The position numbers and the translations under genes were made by a program. DNA of 64,000 bases from an uncultured candidatus Brocadiaceae bacterium. GTDB lineage: Bacteria > Planctomycetota > UBA11346. This document shows, piece after piece, positions 27,660 through 38,642 of this stretch (position 1 is the stretch's first letter; every line of letters begins with the position of its first letter). The notes below the pieces were generated by a model. The model made no database searches, was not told where the DNA came from, and saw only the letters and a program-made list of their open reading frames with translations. Where the stretch lies: the NCBI GenBank assembly GCA_964612995.1, contig CAZTGE010000002.1, positions 337 to 64,336 of the forward strand, written 5' to 3'.

Positions 27660-27743
27660 GCAGCGGAGTCTAGTGAGCCCAGGTGCTGTTTCTATGCCGG
27701 ATGCGGCGGCGCGCACAACGTGCAGGCCGCATCCGTCGCGGCT

Positions 27744-28160
27744 TCACAGCCAGTCCGGCCGATCCGAACCGTCTTGCGGTTCGCTCGCTGGCGGTTCGGG
27801 CGTGGAGTCGGGATCGCTCTGCCTGGCCTGGCGGATCAGCGCTTCCATCTCGTTACGCTGAGCCTCGGCGCTGTCGTAGGCGAAAGACAGGCGCGGCAGG
27901 CGTCGCAGCTTGACCTGCGGTGCGTAGCGGCGTTCGAGGAAGCCGCGCGCGCTGCGCAGGGCGTGCTCCGCGAGACGGCGTTGGCCCGAATCACCAAGGA
28001 CGGTATAGTAGGCGGTCACCTGCTGCAGATCTGCGGTGAGCTCGCAGCGGGTGATGGTGATGAAACCGAGACGCGGGTCACGCATCTCGGTGTTGATGGT
28101 GCCGGCGATCTCGCGGCGGAGCAGGCTTTCCAGCCGTTGCTTGCGTGACGGGGCGGGCAT
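27744..28160 (-). CDS. rbfA: Ribosome-binding factor A.
   Basis: The N-terminal RLESLLRREIAGTINTEMRDPRLGFITITRCELTADLQ matches the RbfA family. The gene lies downstream of infB. Confidence 0.85.
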   Translation of the reverse strand: MPAPSRKQRLESLLRREIAGTINTEMRDPRLGFITITRCELTADLQQVTAYYTVLGDSGQRRLAEHALRSARGFLERRYAPQVKLRRLPRLSFAYDSAEAQRNEMEALIRQARQSDPDSTPEPPASEPQDGSDRPDWL

Positions 28161-28241
28161 GGCGATCTCGTATCGACAGGCACCGTCGGTGCCGGGGCGC
28201 CGGGCTGGTCGGCCCGACGGCGCGGCAACCGGACGGGCGCG

Positions 28242-31200
28242 CTACAGCGTGCGAGCCTGGGCGCGGCGGGTGTAGAACTCCATCAGGTCGTTCTCGCGCA
28301 CATCGTTCCAGCCTTCGAGGGTCAGGCCGCATTCGTAACCGGAGCGCACTTCGCGTACATTCTCCTTGAAGCGGCGCAGGGTATTGACCTTGCCCTCGTG
28401 GAGGATCATTCCGTCGCGGGTCAGGCGCATGCGGCAATCGCGCAGGACCTTGCCATCGGTGACGTACAGACCGGCGATGGTACCGGCCTTCGAGGAGCGG
28501 AACACCGCGCGGACTTCGGCGTGGCCGATGGTCTCCTGGACCATCTCGGGGTCGAGCATGCCAGAGAGCGCCAGTTTGACGTCGTCGAGCATCTCGTAGA
28601 TCACCGAGTAGGTGTTGATCTCGACGTTGCGGTCCTCCGCCTGACGGCGGGCCTTGGCGTCGGCGATGACATGGAAGCCGATGACCAGCGCGTCGGAGGC
28701 CTCGGCCAGCGTGATGTCGCCGGTGGTGATGCAGCCCACGCCCGAGTGGATGATGTTGACCTTGACCTCGGCCTCGTCAGCGGCGATGTCGACCAGGCTC
28801 TTGCTGACCACTTCGAGCGAACCGGCGGCGTCGGCCTTGAGGATCAGGCGCAGTTCCTTCTTCTTGGCCTCGGCGAGATCCTCGAACAGGCTGGCCAGGG
28901 TGGTGGTGGTGTTGCGGGCGGCGAGTTCCTTCTCGCGGCTCTTGTGCTGCCGCTGGTCGGCGGCGTTTGCCGCGGTCTTGAGGTCCTCCATGACGTGGAA
29001 CCGGGCGCCGGCGCCGGGCAGTTCCGAGAGGCCGGTGACTTCGACCGCATGCGACGGGCCTGCGAGTTTGACCGGTTCGCCGGTCCAATCGAGCATCTGG
29101 CGCACCCGGCCGTAGCCACTGCCGGCGAGCAGGATGTCACCAACGGCGAGGCTGCCGCGTTGGACCAGCAGGGTGGCGGTGACGCCGCGACCTTCGCTGA
29201 GGTTGGCTTCGATCACGGTGCCCGAGGCCCTGGCGAAGTGGTTCGCCTGCAATTCCAGGACCTCGGACTCGAGCGACAGGCGCTCGAGCAGATCGTCGAT
29301 GCCTTCGCCAGTGATCGCGGAGCAGGGGATCACGCCGATGTCGCCGCCCCATTCCTCGGCCAGCAGGCCCTGTTCGGAAAGCTGACGCAGGACCTTCTCG
29401 CGATCGGCGTTGTCCTTGTCGACCTTGTTCATCGCCACCACCAGCGAGACCCCGGCGGCCTTGGCGTGGTTGATGGCTTCGATGGTCTGCGGCATGACGC
29501 CGTCGTCGGCCGCGATCACGATCACCGCGATGTCGGTGATGTGCGCGCCGCGGGCGCGCATCTCGGTGAAGGCCTCGTGGCCCGGGGTGTCGATGAAGGT
29601 GACCTCGAGCCCGGAGGGCGTCTCGACGGTGTAGGCGCCGACGTGCTGCGTGATGCCGCCGGCCTCGCCCTCGGTGACGTGCGTCTTGCGGATCGCGTCG
29701 AGCAGACTGGTCTTGCCGTGGTCGACGTGGCCGAGGATGGTCATCACCGGCGGACGCGGTGCCAGATCCTCTTCGTTGTCCTCTTCCTCGTGGAGCGCTT
29801 CGACCTCTTCCTCGACGTCGGCCTGCTCCTTGATGGAGACCTGTTTGTCGAACTCCTGCCCGAGCAACTCGATGGTGTCGCGGTCGAGGTTGGAGTTGAT
29901 GTTGGCCATCACGCCGGCCATGAACAGCTTGGCGATGACCACGCTCGACTTGAGGCCGGAGGCTTCGGAGAAGTCACGCACGGTGCACGGCAGCGCGACG
30001 GTGAACTCAGTCTTGCCCGAGAGATCCTCTTCCTCGGTCGAGAGGGTGCGGCGCTGCCGCACCCGGCGGGTCATCTGCTCCTCGCGCTCACGCTTGTCGG
30101 CGCGATGGCTGCGGCGATCACGACCACCGCCGCGTCCGCCGCGGCCGGCGCCCGGCCCGCCCGGACCACCAGGCCCCGGAGGCCCGCCGGCACCGGCGCG
30201 ACCGCGGTTGTCGATCGGACGGAAGGCGCGGCGACCCTTGCGGTCACGCGCCTTGGCCTCGGTCACCCGTTGCTGCATCGCGAGGTTGCGGCGGATGTTG
30301 TCCTGGATGATCTTGCGTCGGTCCTCGGCCGAGAGCTGTTCGCCCTGCTCGGGCGCGGCTGTCGGCGGGCGCGCGGACATCTCGGGCTTGGGCGCGTGAT
30401 CGGCCTTTCTGGCCGTGGCCTTGGCCAGTCCGGCGAGCTTGCTGCCCAGCGAGGAACGGGCGCCGGCCTTGGTCGGCTTGGCCGGCGCGGCTTCGGTCGC
30501 GGTGGCGTCGGCTTCGGCCGGCGGTGCCTCGGCCTCGGTTCCGGTCTCGGCGCTGGGCGCCTCGGCGACAGGAGCCGGGGGCTGCATCGCCTGCGCGCTG
30601 GGCGTCTCGGCGGCGGTCCCGGTGTCCGCCTCGCTCGGCATCGGCGCCTCGCTCGGTGCCGGGGCCTCGGACGAGGGCTCGGCACCGGCAGTGGCCCCGC
30701 CCGCGGCGGTGGCTGCGCCCACTGCGGCGGCGGACCGTGCAGCTTCGGCTTCGGCCGCCTGGGCCTCGCGCTGGAGGCGGGCGAGTTCCTCGCTCAGCCG
30801 CCGGGCTTCTTCCTCGCGCCGCCGGGCCTCTTCCTCGGCCTGGTGGCGGGCGAACTCCTCGGCCTCGACACGCAGCCGCTCGGCCTCCTCGGCCTTGCGG
30901 GCGGCTTCCTCTTCGGCCAGACGCCGTTCCTCGTCCTCGGCCTCGCGCTCCTTGAGCGCCTGCTCGTGCTTGCGCCGCTCCTCGGCGAGGCGGGCCTCGC
31001 GCTCGGCTTCGGCCTCGAGTTCCTTCTGCTGCTCCTTGCGTCGACGCGTGGCGGCGGCCTTCTTGGCCGCGAGCGAGCGCTTGTGCTTGAGCTCGAACTC
31101 CTCGGCGATGATCGGCGCGAAGGGCTGACCATCGGTGGTCTCGAGTCCGTCGCAGGCGAGCAGCCGCTTGACCTCGTCGGTGGGGAGGTCCGTGTCGATG

Positions 31201-31295
31201 CCGCCGGGCAGACGGATATCCAGGTCCTCCTCGCACACTTCGATGAGGAGTTCTTTGTCGAGGTTGTATTCTTCTGCCAGTTCAGCCAGCTTCAT
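28242..31295 (-). CDS. infB: Translation initiation factor IF-2.
   Basis: A Glu/Arg/Ala-rich N-terminal region is followed by the G domain ([21 protein letters not shown]) and a C-terminal beta-barrel. Confidence 0.95.
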   Translation of the reverse strand: MKLAELAEEYNLDKELLIEVCEEDLDIRLPGGIDTDLPTDEVKRLLACDGLETTDGQPFAPIIAEEFELKHKRSLAAKKAAATRRRKEQQKELEAEAEREARLAEERRKHEQALKEREAEDEERRLAEEEAARKAEEAERLRVEAEEFARHQAEEEARRREEEARRLSEELARLQREAQAAEAEAARSAAAVGAATAAGGATAGAEPSSEAPAPSEAPMPSEADTGTAAETPSAQAMQPPAPVAEAPSAETGTEAEAPPAEADATATEAAPAKPTKAGARSSLGSKLAGLAKATARKADHAPKPEMSARPPTAAPEQGEQLSAEDRRKIIQDNIRRNLAMQQRVTEAKARDRKGRRAFRPIDNRGRAGAGGPPGPGGPGGPGAGRGGRGGGRDRRSHRADKREREEQMTRRVRQRRTLSTEEEDLSGKTEFTVALPCTVRDFSEASGLKSSVVIAKLFMAGVMANINSNLDRDTIELLGQEFDKQVSIKEQADVEEEVEALHEEEDNEEDLAPRPPVMTILGHVDHGKTSLLDAIRKTHVTEGEAGGITQHVGAYTVETPSGLEVTFIDTPGHEAFTEMRARGAHITDIAVIVIAADDGVMPQTIEAINHAKAAGVSLVVAMNKVDKDNADREKVLRQLSEQGLLAEEWGGDIGVIPCSAITGEGIDDLLERLSLESEVLELQANHFARASGTVIEANLSEGRGVTATLLVQRGSLAVGDILLAGSGYGRVRQMLDWTGEPVKLAGPSHAVEVTGLSELPGAGARFHVMEDLKTAANAADQRQHKSREKELAARNTTTTLASLFEDLAEAKKKELRLILKADAAGSLEVVSKSLVDIAADEAEVKVNIIHSGVGCITTGDITLAEASDALVIGFHVIADAKARRQAEDRNVEINTYSVIYEMLDDVKLALSGMLDPEMVQETIGHAEVRAVFRSSKAGTIAGLYVTDGKVLRDCRMRLTRDGMILHEGKVNTLRRFKENVREVRSGYECGLTLEGWNDVRENDLMEFYTRRAQARTL

Positions 31296-31361
31296 AGATC
31301 TTCCGATGGGTTGTCGCCCGCTCCGGGAACATGTGGTCGCGCCTGCGGAAGTCCGCGCAAC

Positions 31362-32732
31362 CTAGGCCTCGTCCCCACCAGGTGAAGCGGAATGTATGTC
31401 GGCCTCGGCGGGGGATGGCGCAGCATCCGCGGAGAGGAACGGATCGCTGCTCTGGGCGCTGTCGAGCGCGAGGCGAGCGGCCTCGAGGGCCTCTTGTTCC
31501 TCGCGACGCCGCTCCTCTTCTTCCGCCTGTACGCGGCGATGAACAATCTCGTCGCGTTCGGCCCGCTCCTCGTCATCGAGCAGCTCGTCGGCCTTGTCGA
31601 TGAGCTGCTGGGCTTTGGCGTAGTCGAGATTGTACTCTTCCATCGCCTCGGCCAGCAGCTCCGGGGTCTGCGCCGCGAGCACGGCGTAGCCGTCGAGGTG
31701 GTTGTCGAGGAAGATCTCGCGCATGAAGTCCTCCATCAGCCCGAGGCGGATGAACTCCTGCAGCTTCTCGGCGCCGGTGGTCCGCTGTTCACGCGCCTGT
31801 TCCTCGCTCATCACGTCGATCTTGTAGCGCGTCAGCCGGGCGGCGAGGCGGACGTTCTGCCCCGCCTTGCCGATGGCCAGCGGGAGCTGGTCCTGGCTCA
31901 CCACCACCTTGGCGCGGTCGCGGAAGGTGTCGTAGCTGACCGAGAGGATGCCGGCCGGCTTGAGGCTGTTGATGATGAACTGAGCCGGATCGTCGGACCA
32001 GGGGATGATGTCGATCTTCTCGCCACCGAGTTCATCGGCGATCTTGGTGATCCGGCTGCCACGCATGCCGACGCAGGCGCCGACCGGATCGACGCGCATG
32101 TCGTGGCTCTCGACCGCGATCTTGGTCCGGCGGCCGGCTTCGCGGACGATGCCCTTGATCTCGATCAGCGCGTCTGCGACCTCGGGGATCTCGGCCATGA
32201 ACAGCTCGCGCACGAAGGCCGAATGGGTGCGCGAGAGCACCAGGCGCACCCGCTGGCCCTTCTTGGCCACGTTGAGCAGGTAGGCGCGGATCGCGGCGCC
32301 GGGACGGTAGATCTCGCCGGGAATCTGCTCCTCGCGCGGGAGGATGGCCTCGGCACGTCCGAGCTGGACGATGACCACCCCGCGTTCGGCGCGCTGGATG
32401 GTGCCGGAAACGATGGTGTGCATCCGCTTCTCGAACTCGTCGAACAGGATGTCGCGTTCGTTCTCGCGCAGGCGTTGCATGATCACCTGCTTGGCGACGT
32501 TGGCCACGATCCGGCCCAGCGATTCGAGCGCCACCGGCTCGTTGCCCTCGAAGGCCCGCATCTCGCCGGTCTCGCGATCGATGGTCAGACTGAACTCGTC
32601 GCGGGGGTTGAATCGCTTCTGCGCCGCCTGCAGCAGGGCCCGCTCGATGTCGGCGAGGATCTCTTCCTTGTCCAGGCCGCGATCGCGGCTGATGGAATCG
32701 ACCAGACGCATGAATTCCGCGGAATCGACCAT
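31362..32732 (-). CDS. nusA: Transcription termination/antitermination factor NusA.
   Basis: S1, KH and acidic C-terminal domains are present. The start was trimmed to the ATG encoding MVDSAEFMRLVDSISRDRGLDKEEI. Confidence 0.9.
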   Translation of the reverse strand: MVDSAEFMRLVDSISRDRGLDKEEILADIERALLQAAQKRFNPRDEFSLTIDRETGEMRAFEGNEPVALESLGRIVANVAKQVIMQRLRENERDILFDEFEKRMHTIVSGTIQRAERGVVIVQLGRAEAILPREEQIPGEIYRPGAAIRAYLLNVAKKGQRVRLVLSRTHSAFVRELFMAEIPEVADALIEIKGIVREAGRRTKIAVESHDMRVDPVGACVGMRGSRITKIADELGGEKIDIIPWSDDPAQFIINSLKPAGILSVSYDTFRDRAKVVVSQDQLPLAIGKAGQNVRLAARLTRYKIDVMSEEQAREQRTTGAEKLQEFIRLGLMEDFMREIFLDNHLDGYAVLAAQTPELLAEAMEEYNLDYAKAQQLIDKADELLDDEERAERDEIVHRRVQAEEEERRREEQEALEAARLALDSAQSSDPFLSADAAPSPAEADIHSASPGGDEA

Positions 32733-32858
32733 ATCCGGTTTCCTGTGTGGTGCTAAAAAAGCGTGGGCCGTCTGGCCCACGCTACCTGTTGCTCAGAAGT
32801 GCGTGGCGCGCAGCCTACGATCGGGGTGCTCCGAACGCAAGCCAATCCCGCTGCGGCT

Positions 32859-35210
32859 TCAGCCTTCGCCCGCGCCCGGCGCCGCCGTGTCCGTGTCGTC
32901 CTGCCGCAGCAGCTTGAAGGCGAGATGGCGGCGGAAGGTGGGGATTGCGAGCGCGAGCTCGCCGCCGGGGTGTTGCCAGGAGTGCTGGGAGAGCATGGTG
33001 CCGGCCTCTGCATCCCACCATTCCACCGTCATTGCGCCGGAGCCGATGTTGGTGCCGATCACGCAGCGCCCGTCGCGCAACGGCGGGGCCGCGCCGCCGC
33101 TGCGCCCCCAGCGTTCGTCGAGCAGATAGCCGAGGATGCGTCCCGGCCGGCACCACAATTGGGCCCAGACCGGTCGGTCGGCGATGGTGAGATCGAGATG
33201 GACCGCTCGCGCCGTGCTGCTCGGATGGCTGCGCAGGTCCTCGCCGGTGAGGAAGGCCGCTAGCGCGCGATAGGGGGCCCAGCGGCCCCCCTGGTCGACC
33301 CATTCGAACCACCACAGCATCGGTCCGCCGCCGTAGCCTGAAGTCAGCGCGGCCCAGGGCCCGGAACGGTGTTCCGCGATCAGTTGCGGTTCGGGGCAGG
33401 CGTTCCAGTTGCCGCCGTACTCGGTCACCAGCACCGGTTTGCCATGACGGGCGAGTCCGGCACCGGGCTCGAGCGTGCCTTGCCACAGCAACTGCGCCAG
33501 CAGGATGCCTTCACCGCCACCGCCGCCGTGGTAGGCGTCGATGCAGACATAGTCGAGCCCCGCGTCGCCGTCGATCGCGACCAGGCTCCGGTCGGGCGTG
33601 CGGTAGTTGCCCGACCAGTGGCTGGTGACCGGATGCCCATAGGGATCGAGCGCATGCCAGCGGCGACAGGCCTGGGCATGCCAGTCGCGTAGTTCAGCGC
33701 GACCGGCACCGGTAAGATTCATCTCGCTCCACAGCTTCCAGCCGAGGATCGCCGGGTGATCGGCGTAGCGCGCGATGATGTAGCGCCGCAGCCGCTCCTG
33801 CCCGGCGAGTGCGCGTGCGTCGGTGAAGAAATCACTGGTCGAGGCGATCGGGCCGGGGGCGACAGGATCGGCATCGGGGCTCTGGCGCAGCTTGGCGTTC
33901 CAGGGATTGTCGGCCCATTCGGCGTCGGTCTTGTGCGAGCCCTGGCCGTGGTTGCGGATGACCAGATTCACCCGTACGCCCCGCCGCCAGCAGTGATCGA
34001 GCAGGGCGTCGAGGCGTTCGGCGTTGGCTTGGTTGTAGCGTCCGATGCCGTGGTAGCCCGGCCAGTCGGCGCGCCACTCCAGGGCCAGGTTCCAACTCGC
34101 CATCCATACCTCGATCGCGTTGCCGCCGTTGGCGGCGAAACGATCGATGTAGGCGCGGTAGGCGTACATGCCACGGTCGGGCGTGATGCGCGAATCGGTG
34201 CGTCTGGCCCCGCGCAGGTCCCAGGTCGAACGCAGGTTGAGGCCGATCGGCCAGTAGAAGCGGGTGGTCCCGGTGGCCTGGCCGGTGCTGAAAAACCGCG
34301 GATCGGCGGTGTCGACGCGGACGTAGTCGTCCCAGATCGCCCCGGTGACGGTGATTGGCGGCAGCGGTAGTCGCACCGTGGTCTGCTGGTTCCAGCACGC
34401 TTCGAGCCGGGCGGTGTACTGGCCGGGGCGGCGGGGGCGCCAGCGCAGCTCGAAGTGCCCGGGCGCCGAGGCCGTGGCGACCTCGGTGTCGCCACGGTCG
34501 TGGAAGCTGTGCGGTTCGCGGTAGAAGCCGGCGATGGTCTCCGTCGGCCCCCCGTCCTGGTGGGTGAACACCGCCTGCAGCGTGAACCGCTCGCGGTGAT
34601 GCGGCAGGTGGGGGGACGGCTGGGGGATACAGGTGAGCGTCCAGCGTTCGCCGGTGGCGATGGCGACGCGCCCGTCGGCGAGGTTCCGCAACTGCAGATC
34701 CGCCAGGCGGTGGTCGGCCGGAGCAGGGATCGCGCGCTTGCCGGTGACCTGCAGTTCGCTGACCGTCACCCGGGCGTCGGATCCGCTGGAGCTCCAGAAG
34801 AACAGCCCGGCGCCATGGGTCAGCGCCGCCGCGGTGGCCGACCAGCCGCCGTGATGGTCCACGGCCTGGAGCGGCTGCTCTGCGATCGGGAAGACCAGCC
34901 GGTGCTCGCCCGGGTTCAACGGCTGCGGATGCACGGACTCGAACCGCTTGCCGTGGCGGTCGACCAGATACGCGCCGGCGCCGAGGTCCGCCGGCGCTCC
35001 GGCGGGGATGCGTACGGTGGCGCGGATGCTCGCTGGCTGCTCGGGAAGCGGATCGGTGCAGGGGACCATCGTGTTCAGCGGCGCACGCAGTTGCACGCTG
35101 CGCGCCGCCTCGGCGCCGGGCAGGGCCGCGCAGAGTGCGAGCAGCAGCGCGCAGGCCGCCGGTATGCGGCGTCGGATCAAGCAGGGGCGCAGGGAGGTCG
35201 GGTCCGGCAT
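32859..35210 (-). CDS. Secreted clan GH-A (GH5-like/DUF4038-type) glycoside hydrolase-like protein, paralog 2.
   Basis: The signal peptide is IPAACALLLALCAALPGAEA. The motifs IRNHGQG, WSEMNL and VLVTEYGG are present. The gene lies 127 bp upstream of nusA on the same strand. Confidence 0.6.
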   Translation of the reverse strand: MPDPTSLRPCLIRRRIPAACALLLALCAALPGAEAARSVQLRAPLNTMVPCTDPLPEQPASIRATVRIPAGAPADLGAGAYLVDRHGKRFESVHPQPLNPGEHRLVFPIAEQPLQAVDHHGGWSATAAALTHGAGLFFWSSSGSDARVTVSELQVTGKRAIPAPADHRLADLQLRNLADGRVAIATGERWTLTCIPQPSPHLPHHRERFTLQAVFTHQDGGPTETIAGFYREPHSFHDRGDTEVATASAPGHFELRWRPRRPGQYTARLEACWNQQTTVRLPLPPITVTGAIWDDYVRVDTADPRFFSTGQATGTTRFYWPIGLNLRSTWDLRGARRTDSRITPDRGMYAYRAYIDRFAANGGNAIEVWMASWNLALEWRADWPGYHGIGRYNQANAERLDALLDHCWRRGVRVNLVIRNHGQGSHKTDAEWADNPWNAKLRQSPDADPVAPGPIASTSDFFTDARALAGQERLRRYIIARYADHPAILGWKLWSEMNLTGAGRAELRDWHAQACRRWHALDPYGHPVTSHWSGNYRTPDRSLVAIDGDAGLDYVCIDAYHGGGGGEGILLAQLLWQGTLEPGAGLARHGKPVLVTEYGGNWNACPEPQLIAEHRSGPWAALTSGYGGGPMLWWFEWVDQGGRWAPYRALAAFLTGEDLRSHPSSTARAVHLDLTIADRPVWAQLWCRPGRILGYLLDERWGRSGGAAPPLRDGRCVIGTNIGSGAMTVEWWDAEAGTMLSQHSWQHPGGELALAIPTFRRHLAFKLLRQDDTDTAAPGAGEG

Positions 35211-35351
35211 GGCATGGGTCGCGACAACGGGCCGGCGCGACGGCGGCGGGCGATCAACAGGGAGACGTCGATGGTCTGTGGCGGCTTACGGTGGGACCCC
35301 GTGTGTGCGTGCGTCGCTTCACCCGTGTCGTGGGAGCGCCATCATGGGCCC

Positions 35352-35726
35352 ATGGCCAGGAAGGGGAAGCAGGGAGGCCGTCGCCGGCCGGCATGGCGAC
35401 GGTGGATCAACCATCGCCGTATGCTCGGCGTCGAAGCGGTGCTGCTGGTCGGTGCGATCGAGATGTGGTGCGAGGATCAGATCACCGCCTATCCCAACCT
35501 GCCGGAGTGGACCAGGGTCCTGTTCGTGATGCTGCTGGTCGCGGGCCTGTTCGGCGCGGTGCTGCTGTTCCTGCAGCGCCTCGCCTACGGCTCAATGAAC
35601 CGGGCGCACAAGGTGGTCGATGCGCTGCCCCTGCCGACGCCGACGCTGATGGTCCATGCCCTGGCCATCGGCGCGCTGTTTGTGTTCTACGCCTGGGTGC
35701 TCAGGATACAGCCGTGGGCATCGTGA
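35352..35726 (+). CDS. Possible small membrane protein (124 aa, two TM helices).
   Basis: The start is an ATG at 35352. The two TM helices are VLFVMLLVAGLFGAVLLFL and LMVHALAIGALFVFYAWVL. Confidence 0.3.
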   Translation: MARKGKQGGRRRPAWRRWINHRRMLGVEAVLLVGAIEMWCEDQITAYPNLPEWTRVLFVMLLVAGLFGAVLLFLQRLAYGSMNRAHKVVDALPLPTPTLMVHALAIGALFVFYAWVLRIQPWAS

Positions 35727-36298
35727 TCCGATTCATCCTGGCGGGGCTGATCGCCTTTTTCGTTATCCCCTGGTGCGCGACCTACTTCTGGCAGGGGGCG
35801 CATCTGGTCGGGTGGCCCGACGCGGGCTGGTGGACCATCGGCGGCGTGGCCCTGGCCGCGGTCATGGTCTGGTGGCGCAAGCCGAACTGGTTGATCCACA
35901 CCATGATCCATGAGGCCAGCCACGCGATCGTGTGCTGGGCCTTGCTGGTGCGGGTGCGCAGTTTCCAGGCCAGTGACGGCCAGGGCGGGAAGGTCATCCA
36001 CGACAAGACCGATCCGGTGCGGACCACCGTGATCGCGCTCGCGCCCTACACCGTGCCGCTGTTGCTGATTCCGGCACTGGTGGCGCACCACTTCGTCAGC
36101 GGCGGCGCGCGCGACTGGGCCGCGGCTCTGGTCGGTTTCCTCTACGTCCACCACCTGCACGGCCTCTACCACAACGCCCGACTCAATCGCCGGTGCGCCC
36201 AGGCCGACCTCGTGCGATCCGGACGCCTGCTGAGTCTGGTGGTGATCGTCGGTGCCCTGATGGTGGTGAGCGGTTACGTCCTGCGCGTCTTGTTCTGA
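35714..36298 (+). CDS. Polytopic membrane protein with an HExxH motif (DUF3267-like putative zincin).
   Basis: The GTG at 35714 has AGGA upstream and overlaps the previous ORF. The sequence includes the HExxH-bearing segment MIHEASHAIVCWALL and multiple TM helices. Confidence 0.4.
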   Translation: MGIVIRFILAGLIAFFVIPWCATYFWQGAHLVGWPDAGWWTIGGVALAAVMVWWRKPNWLIHTMIHEASHAIVCWALLVRVRSFQASDGQGGKVIHDKTDPVRTTVIALAPYTVPLLLIPALVAHHFVSGGARDWAAALVGFLYVHHLHGLYHNARLNRRCAQADLVRSGRLLSLVVIVGALMVVSGYVLRVLF

Positions 36299-37329
36299 TC
36301 CGTGGCCCGCGGGCCGGCTGCGCCGGTGGGCAGGGGAATGCAGTCCGGCGCCGCGATCCGGCCCGCGCACAGGTGGCGGTGGCCGAGCGCGGCGACCATC
36401 GCCGCATTGTCGGCGCAGTGTCGCGGCGCGGGCAGGAACAGCGCGAGTCCGGCCGCGGCGCAGTCGGTCTCCAGCCGCTGCCGCAGGGCACGGTTGCAGG
36501 CAACGCCGCCGCCGACAGCCACCGCCGGCACGCCGCATTGCTGCGCCGCGAGGAGCAGTTTGCCCGCGAGGCAATCAACCACCGCCGCCTGGAACGATGC
36601 GCAGGCGTCGGCGATCCCTTGTGCATCGAGCGTGAGCGGGTCGCGGCCGCGCGGTCCGCGGACCTTGTACAGCAATGCGGTCTTCAGCCCGGCGAAGCTC
36701 AGCCGGATCTGTGGCTCGCGCAGGAAGCTGCGCGGCAGCGCGAAGGCGGCGGGATCGCCGCTCGCCGCCAACCGGTCGACGATCGGGCCCCCGGGGTAGC
36801 CGAGCTCGAGCATCGCCGCCGCCTTGTCGAAGGCCTCGCCGGCCGCGTCGTCGATGGTCCCGCCCAGCGGCTCGAGCGCATCGGGGCGCGGGCAATGATA
36901 ATAGTGGCTGTGGCCGCCCGAGGCGACCAGGCCGACCAGCGGCGGCAGCGCGTCGTTCCGCTCGAGGGCGACCGCCGCGAGATGGGCTTCGACGTGATCG
37001 ACCGTCAGCAGGGGCAGGTCCCGCGCGAGCGCGATGGTCTTGGCGCAGGTGAAGGCGCCGAGCAGGCTGCCGAGCAGGCCTGGCCAGGCGGCGACCGCGA
37101 CCGCGTCAACGGCCGCGAGGGTGCAGCCGGCGTCGGTCAGGACCGCTTCGACCAGGCCCGGTAGCCAGGCCACATGACCCCGGGCAGCGATCTCGGGCAC
37201 CACCCCGCCCCAATCGGTGAAGGTCTCGGCCTGGCTGGCCACGCGCTCGGCGAGCACGGTGCGTCCATCGCGCACCAGCGCGGCGGCGGTCTCGTCGCAG
37301 CTGCTCTCGAGCCCGAGGATCAGCGCCAT
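36274..37329 (-). CDS. tsaD: tRNA N6-adenosine threonylcarbamoyltransferase (Kae1/Gcp family).
   Basis: The sequence begins MALILGLESSCDETAAALV and contains GHVAWLPG and VAAWPGLLGSLLGAFTCAKTIAL. The ORF was trimmed to M30. Confidence 0.85.
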   Translation of the reverse strand: MALILGLESSCDETAAALVRDGRTVLAERVASQAETFTDWGGVVPEIAARGHVAWLPGLVEAVLTDAGCTLAAVDAVAVAAWPGLLGSLLGAFTCAKTIALARDLPLLTVDHVEAHLAAVALERNDALPPLVGLVASGGHSHYYHCPRPDALEPLGGTIDDAAGEAFDKAAAMLELGYPGGPIVDRLAASGDPAAFALPRSFLREPQIRLSFAGLKTALLYKVRGPRGRDPLTLDAQGIADACASFQAAVVDCLAGKLLLAAQQCGVPAVAVGGGVACNRALRQRLETDCAAAGLALFLPAPRHCADNAAMVAALGHRHLCAGRIAAPDCIPLPTGAAGPRATDQNKTRRT

Positions 37330-37430
37330 GGTCGGGCTCCGGCGCCGGGGCGCGCAGCGGGGAAGACGGTTGGCCCGAGACGTTCGGCGGGTACCATGCG
37401 TCCAGCAGACCCGCACCGACCGGACTGTCC

Positions 37431-38642
37431 ATGTCTGATCGGCTTCGCGAACCGAGGTGCCATGTGAGCGATGCCTCCGAAACGCCGGACGCGGCGAGCC
37501 TGGCTGCGCGTCTGGCCGAGCGTGAGTGCGAGTTGATCGATCTGCGGCAGCGGGTGCAGCGCTATGCCGAGGATCTGGCCTGGGCCGAATCCCAGGGCTT
37601 CCTCACAGAGCTGGTACGCGGCCTGGCGCACGAGCTCAACAACCCGCTGGCGGTCATTCTCGGCCACGCCCAGCGCATGGGCTATCGTCTCGACGACCGC
37701 GACGACTGCCGCCGGCGGCTGCAGCTGATCTGCAACGAGGTTGACAGTTGTATCGGCCTGGTCGAACGGCTGCGGCGTTACGCAGCGCCGCCGCGCGAGG
37801 AGGTCGTGCCCTGCGATCTGGCGTTGGCGTTGGCCCGGGCGACCGAACGGCTGCAGCAGCGCGGTGTGCGGTTGCCGCGGGTGATCGTGGCCGAGACCCT
37901 GCCCCCGGTGCTCGCCGGGCCGCGTGCCCTGGCCCGGGTGCTCGAGCAGGTGCTCGACAACGCCAGTGGCGCCCAGGCGTGGCAGGTGCGGGTGAGCGGC
38001 TCGCGTCGGGAGGACGAAGTGCTGCTGCACCTCGACAACGACGGTCGCGCGCCGAGCGAGGAGGAGATCGCGAACGCTTCCAAGCCGTTCTACACCACTC
38101 GCGCCGAGGACGGGCACCGCGGCTTGGGCGTGGCCCTGGCCACCCAGCTGGTGCGCGACATGGGCGGTACGATCCATCTCGATCGCATTCCAGGTTCCGA
38201 TGGCGCGCGGGTGCGCATCAGCCTGCCCGCACCCGGCCTTGCACCCGCCGTCGAGCCGGCTGCGCGGGCGACCGTCGGCGCATCGGCCGGACCGGTGCTG
38301 ATCGTCGATGACCAGCCGTTGATCGCGGAACTGCTGCGCGATGCGCTCGAGGAGTGCTCCCATCCGGTGATCGTCTGCAACAGCTGCGCCGAGGCCGAGG
38401 CGGTGCGTACGCGCGGCGGCCTCGGCGCGATGTTCTGCGACCTGCGCCTGCCTGATGGCAGCGGGGCCGAACTGCTGCGCGCCGCTGCCGATACCGCCTT
38501 GCGCGGCCATCTGGTCCTGGTCACCGGCGATCCGGAGGCGCCGGAGGTGCGCCAGGTGGTGTCCGAGACCGGCTGCGCCGTCCTGGCCAAGCCGTTCCGG
38601 CATGCCGAGGTCTTCGCGTTGAGCCGTCAGGTGCTCGGTTGA
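37431..38642 (+). CDS. Soluble hybrid histidine kinase (HisKA, HATPase and a C-terminal receiver).
   Basis: The H box is LAHELNNPLAVILGHAQ. The G boxes are HRGLGVALATQLV. The receiver is VLIVDDQPLIAELLRDALE...VTGDPEAP. No TM or sensor domain was found. Confidence 0.7.
   Translation: MSDRLREPRCHVSDASETPDAASLAARLAERECELIDLRQRVQRYAEDLAWAESQGFLTELVRGLAHELNNPLAVILGHAQRMGYRLDDRDDCRRRLQLICNEVDSCIGLVERLRRYAAPPREEVVPCDLALALARATERLQQRGVRLPRVIVAETLPPVLAGPRALARVLEQVLDNASGAQAWQVRVSGSRREDEVLLHLDNDGRAPSEEEIANASKPFYTTRAEDGHRGLGVALATQLVRDMGGTIHLDRIPGSDGARVRISLPAPGLAPAVEPAARATVGASAGPVLIVDDQPLIAELLRDALEECSHPVIVCNSCAEAEAVRTRGGLGAMFCDLRLPDGSGAELLRAAADTALRGHLVLVTGDPEAPEVRQVVSETGCAVLAKPFRHAEVFALSRQVLG

Noticed and set aside
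28398-31385. A 995-aa plus-strand ORF, plus Arg/Pro-rich ORFs at 30244..31236 and 30415..31128.
   Set aside because: All are antisense to infB or in alternative frames of it. infB is unambiguous from its G-domain motifs.
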